From a bacterium (GTDB lineage: Bacteria > UBA8248): a DNA stretch of 64,000 nt. The notes beneath the pieces are model-generated. The model saw only the letters and a list, made by a program, of their open reading frames with translations, was not told where the DNA came from and made no database searches. This document shows, piece after piece, positions 9,275 to 19,082 of this stretch. Each line of letters starts with the position of its first letter. The stretch's first letter is position 1. The position numbers and the translations under genes were made by a program. The DNA is taken from assembly GCA_965219955.1 (NCBI GenBank), contig OZ244799.1, positions 4,032,001 to 4,096,000 of the forward strand, in the 5' to 3' direction.

Positions 9275-10660
9275 TCAATACGTGAGTTTCGAGAAGCCCT
9301 CGAAGAAACGCGCCAAGAATTTCTCGGACTGGAGAACCCCTGACACCTGCGCGTATTCGTTCGCCGCGTGTTTTCGCATGGCGTTGCACGGAAGCCCGCC
9401 GATCCAGGGCACGCCCAGCTCTTCGGTCCACAGGGCCACGGGCATCCCCGCCGGGTGCACCGGCCAGACCTCCGGGTCCGCGCCCATGTCCGCATGGGCC
9501 TCCAGGAAGCACTGGATGAGGGGATGCGCCAGCGGCGTTCCGCCGCCCGCGTAGTGGTTGTTCACGACGAACTCGACGTCGCCGTAGCTGCCCTCCGCCA
9601 GGATGTTGCGGACGTTCCCGATGCGCTCGTCGGGGTCTTCGCCCGGCTGGAAGCGCATGTTCACCACGGCCTGGGCTTCGGAGGGAATGCTGACCTTGAC
9701 GGATTTCCCCTCTCCGAGGAAGCCCGCGTGCAGGCCCGTGAGCGTGAATTCCGCCTTGAACAGGTGCGAGCGGACGGCGGCGTGGAAATCATCCTGCCGG
9801 AAGCGTTTCACGCCCAGGCTCTGCTTCATCCTCTCGGGGTCCATGCGCTCTGCGAGTATTCGGCACAACTCTTCTTCGGCCTCGCTCGGCGTCCAGCCCT
9901 CGCCGTTTTGGTAAATCTCCTCGAGCCTCGCCTGCAAATAAGCGATCGCCTCCACGATGCGCTCCGCCGGGTTGCCTATCCAGTTGCAGTTGAGCGCGTG
10001 AATCTCGTTGCCCACCGGCCCGCCCCATTCTCCGGGACGGCAGAAGAGCCTGCCCATCAGGTTGCCCTTGAGCCCCAGCGGGACGATGGGCGTGCCGTCG
10101 GTCTGCCCCATCGGGCAGAGCCAGTAGGCCGCGTTCGCCTTTTGCATCTTCTCTTTGTAGCGCGGGAAGAAATCCTTGATGCCGCCGCTGCCGAGTTCGG
10201 ACGCCTCGTGGACGAACATGAGGTTGAGCGGGAGCTTTTCCCCCGCGGCGCGCGCCGCGTAGACCGTGTTCATCACGCAGGCGATGCCGGTCTTCATGTC
10301 CTCCGCTCCCCGGCCCACGATGCAGGGCCCCAGGCCCTCGAGTTCCTGAATCTCGGGCTCGAAGGGAGGATTGATCCAGTTGGGTTCCTCCGCAGGCGTC
10401 ACGTCGTAGAGACCGTGGCAGAGCAGCGTGCGATCCGCGCCCTCGTCGATCAGGCCGTAGACGACGGGAAACTCCGCCGTCTCCACCACCTCCGCCTCGC
10501 CGCCGACCTCGACGATCTCATCGGCCAGCATCCGGGCCATCTCGTCGTTTCCGAGGTTGAGCGCGGAGACGCTCGGCTGGCGGATGTATTTCAGGAGACG
10601 CTCGATATGGGCGGATTCGAAATCCGCCTCGATTTGCGCGCTGACCCGTTCGACGTCCAT
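9275..10660 (-). CDS. M20 family metallopeptidase/deacylase
   Basis: HGLYDVTPA, GRGAEDMK, EASELGS, HAANE. Confidence 0.9.
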   Translation of the reverse strand: MDVERVSAQIEADFESAHIERLLKYIRQPSVSALNLGNDEMARMLADEIVEVGGEAEVVETAEFPVVYGLIDEGADRTLLCHGLYDVTPAEEPNWINPPFEPEIQELEGLGPCIVGRGAEDMKTGIACVMNTVYAARAAGEKLPLNLMFVHEASELGSGGIKDFFPRYKEKMQKANAAYWLCPMGQTDGTPIVPLGLKGNLMGRLFCRPGEWGGPVGNEIHALNCNWIGNPAERIVEAIAYLQARLEEIYQNGEGWTPSEAEEELCRILAERMDPERMKQSLGVKRFRQDDFHAAVRSHLFKAEFTLTGLHAGFLGEGKSVKVSIPSEAQAVVNMRFQPGEDPDERIGNVRNILAEGSYGDVEFVVNNHYAGGGTPLAHPLIQCFLEAHADMGADPEVWPVHPAGMPVALWTEELGVPWIGGLPCNAMRKHAANEYAQVSGVLQSEKFLARFFEGFSKLTY

Positions 10661-10700
10661 TGGAGAACCTCCTCATCCCCTGCGGGGGAAGACTGGGCTT

Positions 10701-11012
10701 TCAGGGAATCATGAGACCGAGCAGCGGGCCGTGCTGCTGCGCCCCGTACACGTCGCGGTCGCCCGGTGCGCCCGAGGTCGGCCCTTTCCTCGGTATGGTG
10801 ATCTTGATGGCGTTGGCCGCGTCGAAATGGACGATCTTCACCTGCTCGGCCTCCATCTCGTAGAGTTCTGAAACCACGCCCGGCGTGAGTGCTTCGCTGT
10901 CGGCTACGCGCCGGTAGGTCGCCTCATCAGGGAACAACAGGTCCAGCGTGATGTGCAGGGGGCCCGCGTTCTTGCTTCGCAGCACCTCGGCGAGGTCGTA
11001 GAGCCGCTCCAC
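10701..11012 (-). CDS. DUF4387 family protein
   Basis: LRSKNAGPxxITLD and GDRDVYGAQQH signature. Confidence 0.88.
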   Translation of the reverse strand: MERLYDLAEVLRSKNAGPLHITLDLLFPDEATYRRVADSEALTPGVVSELYEMEAEQVKIVHFDAANAIKITIPRKGPTSGAPGDRDVYGAQQHGPLLGLMIP

Positions 11013-11014
11013 GC

Positions 11015-12379
11015 TCAGCCCACCTGCGCGAATTCGACCTCGAAGGGCGCCGCGGCGTCTTCGAGCTCCACGAGGTGATAGATGTGGAACTCATACACCG
11101 GCCCGCCCTCGAAATCAGACGGCGAGAACGGGAAGGCGAGGTTCCCGGCGGTGGCTTTCCGGCCTTCGAAGCCCGAGTGCAGGAACGTGCTCCGCGTGAG
11201 CGAGAGCACCGCGTTGGCCGTCGTCTGATCCTTGGCGATCGCCTCCATCACCACGCCGACCTCCCTTGGAGCGCTCGATTCATCCGCCGCCGGACGGCCC
11301 ATCACGCCGTCGCGCCCGTAGAAGATGAAGCGCAGCTCGTAATCCTCGGGCGAGAGCGCCCCCCGCACCATGTCCGCGACGGTGTTCTTCACGTTCGCCT
11401 CGACCTCATCGAGACTCGCGATGAGACGCGGGTCCGTCATCCCGGCGACGGCGATGGTGCGGTAACCTCTCAGGCGCACGCCTTCGATCTTGATGGTCGG
11501 AGTCTGCGCCTGCACGAATCGGCTGCCGCTCACCCGCACGCGGCGCTCGCCGATCTGTTCGAACTCCGAGTCCTTGAGGTCGATCACCCCCTCCGGTTCA
11601 TAGAACAGGTAGGGATCGGGCTGTTCGTACATCATGTGCGCCGCCACGGAACCCGGCGTCACGCGCATCCCCTCGTTCATCGGTTCGAGCTCGAAATGAT
11701 CTTCCCGCAGCGTGCCCAGAATGCAGTCGTTCGCCCCGATGGGCAGGGCGCACTGCGCGCCGCACTCGATGATCTTCGCCATGTGGAAGGCGAGACCAAG
11801 GTCGAAGCCTTGCATCGCGGCGTAGGAAGTATAAATGGCCGTATCGCAGGAGCGTCCGGCGAGAACGACATCCGCACCACCCTCGAGAGCCGTCATGAAA
11901 GGCTCAAGCCCCATCTGGCCCACGATGCGCACGCTCTCGTCCACCATCTCCTCGGTGAGTTCGGGGAGTTTCCCCAGGGTGCGTGTTCTCTTCTCGCGCA
12001 CGGCGCGCTTGACGAACTCCTTGTCCATCTCGGAGCGGATCACGGCGAGCTTGAAGCGGTGCCCGTCGCGCTTCGCCAGCTCGCGCATCGTGTCGAGCAC
12101 GCTGTCCACGTGTGGATTTCCCCCCGCCGTCCCGGCGGAGCCGATGATGTAGGGAATCTTCTTCTTTCTGGCGGCGGCCAGCGAAAAGCCCAGGTCCCTG
12201 CGTATCTGCTCGCGCTTGGTGAGCTGATCGCCGCTGCCGAGGTAGTAGGGGCCCGCGTCGGTCGAGCCGTTGTCCGCCCCCATGATGTGCGGGTCGCGGG
12301 CGAGGCCGTTATCGAGTGAGGTTTTGGGGAATCCATAGCCGAGATTGCCGCATACGGACAATACCCTGAGTTCATCCAT
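11015..12379 (-). CDS. AtuA/DUF1446 acyclic terpene utilization family protein
   Basis: GNLGYGF, DNGSTDAGPYYLG, VGQMG, AGRSCD, AKIIECG, GNLAFPFSP. Confidence 0.88.
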   Translation of the reverse strand: MDELRVLSVCGNLGYGFPKTSLDNGLARDPHIMGADNGSTDAGPYYLGSGDQLTKREQIRRDLGFSLAAARKKKIPYIIGSAGTAGGNPHVDSVLDTMRELAKRDGHRFKLAVIRSEMDKEFVKRAVREKRTRTLGKLPELTEEMVDESVRIVGQMGLEPFMTALEGGADVVLAGRSCDTAIYTSYAAMQGFDLGLAFHMAKIIECGAQCALPIGANDCILGTLREDHFELEPMNEGMRVTPGSVAAHMMYEQPDPYLFYEPEGVIDLKDSEFEQIGERRVRVSGSRFVQAQTPTIKIEGVRLRGYRTIAVAGMTDPRLIASLDEVEANVKNTVADMVRGALSPEDYELRFIFYGRDGVMGRPAADESSAPREVGVVMEAIAKDQTTANAVLSLTRSTFLHSGFEGRKATAGNLAFPFSPSDFEGGPVYEFHIYHLVELEDAAAPFEVEFAQVG

Positions 12380-12574
12380 GCGAGACTCCCGAGGCATTTT
12401 GACTGGAAGATACTCGAAACCTACACGATCACCCGTCCGGGGTAAACGCCGGCGAGCGTCTAACGGCCTGTAACTCGCTTGTCATGCAGGCTGATGAAAG
12501 TTTATATTTAATGGGATTGTAGTGGAATGGTCGGTGATTCTGTCCGATACACCCGGAACAACCCGAGAGCTACA

Positions 12575-12976
12575 ATGGCCACAGCCTCCAAGAACCCGCC
12601 GGGCAACACAAAAAAGATTCATCAGACCTACGCGCGCCGGATTGAGGAACTTCGCGGCTTTGCCGCGGCCGATGCCGAGTGCGCCGATGTGAGAGAAGCA
12701 TCTGAAACGGATTTCTGGTCGTTCGTTAAGTCTATTCCATCAGCCAAGAAAGCCGGGTTGTTTCTCCTGGACAACGGAAACCTCCGCGCCGTCTGGAAAG
12801 GAGACGACAAGGCGCACATTGGTCTCCAGTTTCTCGGCGACCGGTCCGCAAGGTACGTGATATTCAAACGACGACCGGCGTCCGAAAAAGTTTCGAGAGT
12901 GAGCGGTATCGACACACTGGACGGAGTGAAAAAGCAGGCCCGCGCTTTCGGCATCACGTTGCTGGAGAATGGATGA
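12575..12976 (+). CDS. Hypothetical protein (possible antitoxin/partner)
   Basis: Lower-GC ORF; its stop overlaps the next start (ATGA); start uncertain (12527 or 12575). Confidence 0.6.
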   Translation: MATASKNPPGNTKKIHQTYARRIEELRGFAAADAECADVREASETDFWSFVKSIPSAKKAGLFLLDNGNLRAVWKGDDKAHIGLQFLGDRSARYVIFKRRPASEKVSRVSGIDTLDGVKKQARAFGITLLENG

Positions 12977-13416
12977 CCGGCGACGATTTACCGAATGAAG
13001 ACCATGCCGTCCGCTACGTCAAACCATCTCAATTCGATGAAGATGAGGGCGTGGACGGCTCCGCTTTTCAGTTACGACAAAACGAGAGTGGTTTGTCCGT
13101 CCACTGGCTGGAATGTTTCGAAGACCTCTTGAAACCTCAACAACTCGATGAAGTGAGGCGTCTGTCCAGGCTGACAATCAGCAGGAACGGTCGCCTTGCC
13201 GAAGTGAACGTGGGCAGAACAAAACAGCATCTCAAAGAACAACTCTTGGATATCCGTTTCATACACATGCCGCTGAATGCAGAGGGCGATTATGAGGCCG
13301 ACCCATCGCATAGCGAGATATCGGGGCTGCCGGATTTCCCCGATGAGGAGTTGATCGGAGACTTAATCGCCGAAGAATGTATAGAAGTCATCCATCCGGG
13401 ATTGCAAGCAACTTGA
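12973..13416 (+). CDS. Hypothetical protein, possibly RES/ADP-ribosyltransferase-like fold
   Basis: AVRYVKP...SAF...GLSVHWLE...DPSHSEI pattern; translationally coupled to the upstream ORF. Confidence 0.55.
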   Translation: MTGDDLPNEDHAVRYVKPSQFDEDEGVDGSAFQLRQNESGLSVHWLECFEDLLKPQQLDEVRRLSRLTISRNGRLAEVNVGRTKQHLKEQLLDIRFIHMPLNAEGDYEADPSHSEISGLPDFPDEELIGDLIAEECIEVIHPGLQAT

Positions 13417-13621
13417 TTGTCGGCTTTGCTCCCTCGAAAAAGTATAGCGAGCAAAAGTAACAAAACACCTCTCGACATCAGAGCACCCGAGTTAATCGAA
13501 ATGCTCGCGCAAGATGCGCCCCGAAGTTGAAATTCTGGTGTTTTGAAAGAGAAAAGCCGCTCTACCGGCCCGATGAACTGAAACGGGGACGCGGGCTTAC
13601 GGCCTCTCCCCTGCGCAACGC

Positions 13622-14059
13622 CTACGGCTGGACCCGCAGCCGCTCGGGCTCGATGATGGCCTCCGCCGTGATCTCGATCATCGCGTCGGGAGGACCGAGG
13701 CGGGAGATCTCGATCAGCGTGCTGGCCGGGCGGACGTTCTTGAAGTATTTGAAGCGCTCGTCCGAGTGCTTGTAGTACTCCATGATGTCGGTCACATACG
13801 TCGTGGAGCTGACGATGTCGTCGAACGTAGCACCCGCGTGGGCCAGCCCCTTGCCGATGTTCTCGCAAGTCACCCGTATCTGGGTGCGCATGTCGCCGAC
13901 GCCTTCCACCTCGCCGCTCGGCTTGCGGGGCACCTGGCCGGAAAGGTAGATGTGTGCGTGGTCCGAACCGTGAATTGTCACCACGGGCACGTAGAGAAGC
14001 TCGTCGTTCTCCACGCGGGACCACATGTCGTCGGGCTGCATGAACTGTCTCTGGATCAT
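13622..14059 (-). CDS. RidA/YjgF family protein
   Basis: IYLSGQV, RPASTLIEISRL, IEITAEA. Confidence 0.9.
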   Translation of the reverse strand: MIQRQFMQPDDMWSRVENDELLYVPVVTIHGSDHAHIYLSGQVPRKPSGEVEGVGDMRTQIRVTCENIGKGLAHAGATFDDIVSSTTYVTDIMEYYKHSDERFKYFKNVRPASTLIEISRLGPPDAMIEITAEAIIEPERLRVQP

Positions 14060-14091
14060 CTCGTCGCTTCCTTCCTCTGATAGATGTTCGT

Positions 14092-14907
14092 TTAATCAGT
14101 CACCCATGCGGGCTGACCATCGGATTGCCCCATGAGGCCCGCCAGCGTCTCGGCCACCTTTCTTTCACACTCGAGAAATTCCACCGAAAGAACGTCACGC
14201 GGACGGGGCAGGTCGATTTTGATCTCCTCGGCGATGCGCCCCGGGCGAGGCGACATCAGGAGCACACGGTCCGAGAGATAGGCCGCCTCGCGGACGCTGT
14301 GCGTCACGAAGAGCACCGTCTTGTGGGTTTCCATCCACACCTGCACGAGGAGCTGCTGGAGGCTCGAGCGCGTCTGGGCGTCGAGGGCGCCGAAGGGTTC
14401 GTCCATGAGCATCACCTCGGGGTCGAAGGCCAGTGCGCGCGCGATGCCCACCCTCTGCTTCATCCCGCCCGAGAGGCGGTATGGATAGACATCCTTGAAG
14501 CCCTCGAGTTCCACCAGCCGCAGGAGGCGGTCGACCACGGGGTCGCGCTCGGCCTTGGGGATTCCCTTCATGCGCATGCCGAAGCGGACGTTGCCGGCTA
14601 CCGTCAGCCAGGGGAATACGGCGAACTCCTGGAACACGACGCCGCGGTCGAAACCCGTGTCGTTGATGTGATGGCCGTCGAGGACGACGTCGCCCGAGGT
14701 TTTTTCATACAGGCCCGCCACGATCATCAACAGTGTGCTCTTGCCGCACCCGCTCGGGCCGATGAGGGAGATGAACTCGCCGCTTCGCACCTCGAAGCTC
14801 ACCGATTCGAGGGCGGTGATGTCCGTCGTCCGCCCCCATCCCTCGTCGATGGTGAAGACCTTGTCCAGGCCCGTGACCTGGAGTTTTACAGGACCCTGAA
14901 TCGCCAA
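14092..14907 (-). CDS. ABC transporter ATP-binding protein (NitT/TauT family)
   Basis: GPSGCGKST, LSGGMKQR, LMDEPFGALD. Confidence 0.95.
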   Translation of the reverse strand: MAIQGPVKLQVTGLDKVFTIDEGWGRTTDITALESVSFEVRSGEFISLIGPSGCGKSTLLMIVAGLYEKTSGDVVLDGHHINDTGFDRGVVFQEFAVFPWLTVAGNVRFGMRMKGIPKAERDPVVDRLLRLVELEGFKDVYPYRLSGGMKQRVGIARALAFDPEVMLMDEPFGALDAQTRSSLQQLLVQVWMETHKTVLFVTHSVREAAYLSDRVLLMSPRPGRIAEEIKIDLPRPRDVLSVEFLECERKVAETLAGLMGQSDGQPAWVTD

Positions 14908-14927
14908 GATATGCTCCTATCGGCGCG

Positions 14928-15788
14928 TTATTCGCGCAGTGTTCCCCAGCGCTGGACCGTGGCCAACTCGATGCTGCGCAGGCAGACACGCTCCACGATC
15001 ACGCCCAGAATACCAACGACCACCACCCCGCCGTACATCATGTCCGCCGCGAGGAAATCGCGGGCCGCGAAAATCCGGAAGCCCAGGCCGGCCTCGAGCG
15101 CGACTATCATCTCCCCGGTCACGACGATGCGCCATGCGCGGCTGAACGCGATGCGGTAGCCGGCGATGAGATTCGGCAGCGCGCCCGGCACCATCACCTG
15201 GAAGAAAAGCGTCATGCCCTTGGCGCCCATGGCGCGGCCTGCGCGAATGAGAGAGGCGTCCACGGTCTTCACGCCCGTCCATGCGTTCACCATGACGGTG
15301 ATCATGCCCTCGAACCAGAGCACGGAGATCAGGGTGAAGTCACTCAGCCCGAACCAGAGAATGACGATGGGAAAGAGCGCGAGGCCCGGCACGGCCAGGA
15401 AAAAATACATCGGCGGGGCCAGAATGCGCTCCACCGTCTGGTTCATACCCATCACCAGGCCGACCACGGTTCCCGAAACGAGGGCGAGAGCCGCCCCGAT
15501 CAGGAGCCGGTAAAGCGAAACATAGATGTCCAGCCAGAGGATGCCGGACTTCGCCTGGTCGACCATCGTCACCCATATCTTTTCCAGGGGAGGGAAAAGG
15601 ACAGGATGGAGCGTGCCTGAGTGCGCGAGCAACTCCCAGAAGATGAGCAACCCGATGAGAGGCGCCGCCATGAGGAAAAAGGCCTTGCCGGAGTTTCGAA
15701 AAACCACGCCCCAGTTGGGAGGCCCGAGTTCTCTCTCGGTTCCCGGCGTTTGTCCGGCTTGAGTTTGCGCTTTATCGGCCGACGCCAC
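14928..15788 (-). CDS. ABC transporter permease (NitT/TauT family)
   Basis: TM helices, RAGRAMGA EAA-like loop, GEM..GLG; GTG start with AAGGA RBS. Confidence 0.9.
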   Translation of the reverse strand: MASADKAQTQAGQTPGTERELGPPNWGVVFRNSGKAFFLMAAPLIGLLIFWELLAHSGTLHPVLFPPLEKIWVTMVDQAKSGILWLDIYVSLYRLLIGAALALVSGTVVGLVMGMNQTVERILAPPMYFFLAVPGLALFPIVILWFGLSDFTLISVLWFEGMITVMVNAWTGVKTVDASLIRAGRAMGAKGMTLFFQVMVPGALPNLIAGYRIAFSRAWRIVVTGEMIVALEAGLGFRIFAARDFLAADMMYGGVVVVGILGVIVERVCLRSIELATVQRWGTLRE

Positions 15789-15802
15789 GAAAATTTCCTT
15801 TC

Positions 15803-17152
15803 TCAGCTTCCGAGAGCCGTTATTCGTCCGCTTCCGAGAGCTTCTATTTGTCCGGGTTCGGGCAGGTTCGCGTAGGGGTCCGGCGCGATGGCGGAGGCGT
15901 CGCGCTCCCGTGAGCAAAGATCCAGCGCTGCGAGGGCGAACATCTTTGTCGTGTCCACCAGCGCGTCGACGTGGATGTGTTCGCCGATATCGGCGTTCCA
16001 GCCGTAATCGGCATCAAACGTCCGGCCCGCCAACCCGTACGTGATTGTCTGGACCCCGTATCGGTTCATGTGGGCGGCGTCGAGATAGGAAGTCTTTACG
16101 ATGATGTTGGGCTTTTCGCCGGTGATTTGCTCGTGCGCGCGAATCATCGCTTTGGAAGGCAGTGAATCGACGGGGATGCCCGAGGGCGGGTGCGAGGAGA
16201 ACACCTCGACTTTAGCCCCGATGTCAGGGTGTTCTTCGTTCACCTGCTCGATGACGCCCTTGAACTCCGCCTGTACGTCCTGAATCGTCTGTCCAGGCAC
16301 CAGGCGGACGTCCACGTACAGACGGCACTCGATGGGCGAGCGCGCGCAACGGTAGGGCCATCCGCCCTCGATGGCGGCCATATTCACGTGGGGGCGCTCG
16401 CCCAGGAATTCATTGCGCCCCCGGTACTCGGGAATCCACTTCCGGATGGCCGCCTGCACCCTTTCCATGCGTTCGATGGCGCTGGCCGTGTAATCGCCGT
16501 AACAGGTATGGCCCATCGACCCTCGCGTGATGATCTTGAACCACACCGTGCCCCCGTGCCAGGGCGCAACCTGCATGCCGGTCGGCTCCCCGAGAATGCA
16601 AAAATCCGTCAGATAACCGTGCGAAATAAGATGCCGGGTGCCGACGCCGTAGCCGTCGTAGAGCACGTCCTGGTACTGGTCGATACGGTTTTTCTCGATC
16701 TCTCCCGCGACGGAGGCGAGGACGATGTCGCCCCTGAGCTTCACGCCCGCGTCCTGGAGGGCCTTCGCCGCGCCGAGGTAGGAGACGTCGGCGCTCTTCA
16801 TGTTGGCGGCGCCGTTCCCGATGATCCAGTCGCCCTCGCGAATCGCCTTGTTCTTGTAGCCCGGCTGGGTGAGTTCGGGCTCCTCGCCGGAATAGGAGGT
16901 GTCCAGGTGGCCGTTGAACATCACGGAATAGCCGCCGCCCGTGCCCGGTGAGATGCCGACCGCGTTGTAGCGGCCCTCTGCCACTTTTTGCAGATGCGCC
17001 TCGAAGCCGGCCTCCTCATACTTCGCGTGCATGTAGCGGGCCGCTTCCTCTTCGTACCCGGTGGGGCTCGGTATGTCCACGAGTTCCATCGTCGTCTTGA
17101 TGAGGAATTCCTCATCAACCGCGTCGACGACTTTCTTTTGAAGTTCATCCAT
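15803..17152 (-). CDS. M20 ArgE/DapE-family deacylase
   Basis: IPSPTGYE, FNGHLDT, GNGAANMKS, LGEPT, GEHI. Confidence 0.9.
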   Translation of the reverse strand: MDELQKKVVDAVDEEFLIKTTMELVDIPSPTGYEEEAARYMHAKYEEAGFEAHLQKVAEGRYNAVGISPGTGGGYSVMFNGHLDTSYSGEEPELTQPGYKNKAIREGDWIIGNGAANMKSADVSYLGAAKALQDAGVKLRGDIVLASVAGEIEKNRIDQYQDVLYDGYGVGTRHLISHGYLTDFCILGEPTGMQVAPWHGGTVWFKIITRGSMGHTCYGDYTASAIERMERVQAAIRKWIPEYRGRNEFLGERPHVNMAAIEGGWPYRCARSPIECRLYVDVRLVPGQTIQDVQAEFKGVIEQVNEEHPDIGAKVEVFSSHPPSGIPVDSLPSKAMIRAHEQITGEKPNIIVKTSYLDAAHMNRYGVQTITYGLAGRTFDADYGWNADIGEHIHVDALVDTTKMFALAALDLCSRERDASAIAPDPYANLPEPGQIEALGSGRITALGS

Positions 17153-17272
17153 GATTCCCGATTCTCCTCGACTCACTCGCCTATGCGCGCGCAAAATCCC
17201 TTTCGCCCCTCCGGAGGGATGATTCGGCCCTCCAGAGGGGCAGCAATAAAGTGTTTCGGGTTATCTCTCGCC

Positions 17273-18268
17273 TTACTTCATCAAATTAAAGTAGGCGTTC
17301 TCAACCAACTGGGTGTCGATATGCTTGGTGACGTCGATGCGCTTGGGCAGCTTGCCCTTCTTGACGCTCACGTCCACGCCGTCCTGCACTTCCTTGATGT
17401 CCCTGTGCGTGATCATCGCGCGGTCCCAGCGCATGAACCTGTAGAGATTGCTCTTCACCTTCTTCAAGTCGAATTTGAAGCCCTGGCTCTTCCAGAATTC
17501 CTGCACAATCTTCGCGGACTCATCGCGATTGCGGTTCAGGAAACGCATTGCGCGAACGTGCGCGTTCATGAAGCGCTGCGCGCCGTCAGGATTCTTTTTC
17601 CTGATGTAGGACCACGAAGACGTCAAAAAGACCGGGGAAGTATAGCCGAGCAGGTCGTCATATTCTTTCGGCCCCATGACCATACGGCCCAGTCCCTTGT
17701 CGACGATGATCGAGCCCCAGGGCTCCCAGGTCAGTCCCGCGTCCAGCGCGCCGCGCTCGAAGGCGGCCGGCAGCGAACCCGTCTTGGTGTTGCGGATTTT
17801 GAAGTCCTTATCCGACATGCCGATGCGCGAGAGGTACGTCATCCAGGTGGCCCAGGTGCCGGTGCCCATCTGCGCGCCCACGGTCTTGCCCTTCAAGTCC
17901 TTGATCGACTTGGTGGTCTTGTCCTTCACGGGCACGAGCACCATGTTCTGGTTCCCGTAGCGGTTGAGCGCGATGCCCACCACGTCCAGGCCGCGCGCCG
18001 CAATCTGGCCCACGCGGGAGCCGCGCGTGCTGATGATGTCGGCGGTGCCGCCGATGAGAGCGTCAATCAGCGCGCGGGGGCTCGTGACCCGGCGCTTCAC
18101 GTTGACCCCCTCGGCTTTGTAATAGCCTTTCTTCTCCGCGATGTAGGGGATGGCGGCGTGCGAAGTGTTGTCGTGAATCAAGTTGATGACGCCTTTCGCG
18201 GCCAGTGCATTCGAGGTCATTCCCAGGACAGCGATTGTTGCGATCAAAGCCAGGCCAAACCTTTTCAT
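17273..18268 (-). CDS. ABC transporter substrate-binding protein (SsuA/NMT1-like)
   Basis: Signal peptide, YIAEKKGYY, IKDLKGKTVG, LDAGLTWEPW. Confidence 0.9.
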   Translation of the reverse strand: MKRFGLALIATIAVLGMTSNALAAKGVINLIHDNTSHAAIPYIAEKKGYYKAEGVNVKRRVTSPRALIDALIGGTADIISTRGSRVGQIAARGLDVVGIALNRYGNQNMVLVPVKDKTTKSIKDLKGKTVGAQMGTGTWATWMTYLSRIGMSDKDFKIRNTKTGSLPAAFERGALDAGLTWEPWGSIIVDKGLGRMVMGPKEYDDLLGYTSPVFLTSSWSYIRKKNPDGAQRFMNAHVRAMRFLNRNRDESAKIVQEFWKSQGFKFDLKKVKSNLYRFMRWDRAMITHRDIKEVQDGVDVSVKKGKLPKRIDVTKHIDTQLVENAYFNLMK

Positions 18269-18362
18269 CTTATTCTCCTCCTAGATTGAGAACCCACTAC
18301 TGCTACGTCAACCAGAGATGGAACCAAAGACAAAACGACCAAAACCGGCGAGAGGAAACTCT

Positions 18363-18758
18363 TTATTCCCTCGCCGGGTGAAATATGGCCAGCAGCTTTA
18401 CGTCCTTATCCCCTCCCGTCATGCTGCGGTGCATCGTCTTTCTGGGAAGGAAAATGCAGTCTCCGCCCCGAAACTCGATGCTCCGATCTTCCAACTCGTA
18501 TCGCCCTTCGCCCTCGATGATGTAGATGAGTTCATCCTCTTCGTGGTCGTGCCACTCGTGCGTCTCGCCGGGGCGGAAAACAGTCAGCCAGGCGTCGACG
18601 TTCCAGCCGTGGTCCTCCTGCGAAGTCATCCGCCAGGCGTGCGCACCACCGTCGAGCACCTTGTGCTTCTGGTTCTCGGGCCTTATCAGGCAGGCTTCGC
18701 GGTCGCTCAATCCCCGTCTCTCCAAACACTTACCCTGCGCGCGAGATGAAACCACCAT
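18363..18758 (-). CDS. Cupin domain protein
   Basis: HEWHDHEEDELIYIIEGEG and GDCIFLPRKTMH cupin motifs; start uncertain. Confidence 0.85.
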   Translation of the reverse strand: MVVSSRAQGKCLERRGLSDREACLIRPENQKHKVLDGGAHAWRMTSQEDHGWNVDAWLTVFRPGETHEWHDHEEDELIYIIEGEGRYELEDRSIEFRGGDCIFLPRKTMHRSMTGGDKDVKLLAIFHPARE

Positions 18759-18825
18759 GTATGAAATTTGTATGATATTCGATGATGCTATGCGCTTGTT
18801 CCGCTATTGTCAATCGCGCGAGGGG

Positions 18826-19052
18826 TTGGCCTGGTGAAAAAACCGACTCTGGAAGCGAGCGCTTTTGAAGCGACCACCGCCGTCATTCCGGCGTATGCCG
18901 GAATTCAGATTCGAGCAGAATGGCATTGCGCCGGCTTTTCATTTCCCCGTTATCGGCGGGAAGCAATCAGAAAACAAAAGCAAAAAATGGATTCCGGCTT
19001 TCGCCGGAATGACGGTGAAAACTCTCGATCGGGAGACTTTTTCAACATCCCC
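18826..19052. repeat. MITE-like unit with IS5/IS1182-type ends carrying a CGTC-type palindrome doublet
   Basis: CGTCATTCCGGCGTATGCCGGAATTC...GGATTCCGGCTTTCGCCGGAATGACG between GGTGAAAAAACC and GACTTTTTCAACATCCCC. Confidence 0.7.
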
Positions 19053-19082
19053 GCATACGCAGGTGTATTAAGGATTACCCCG

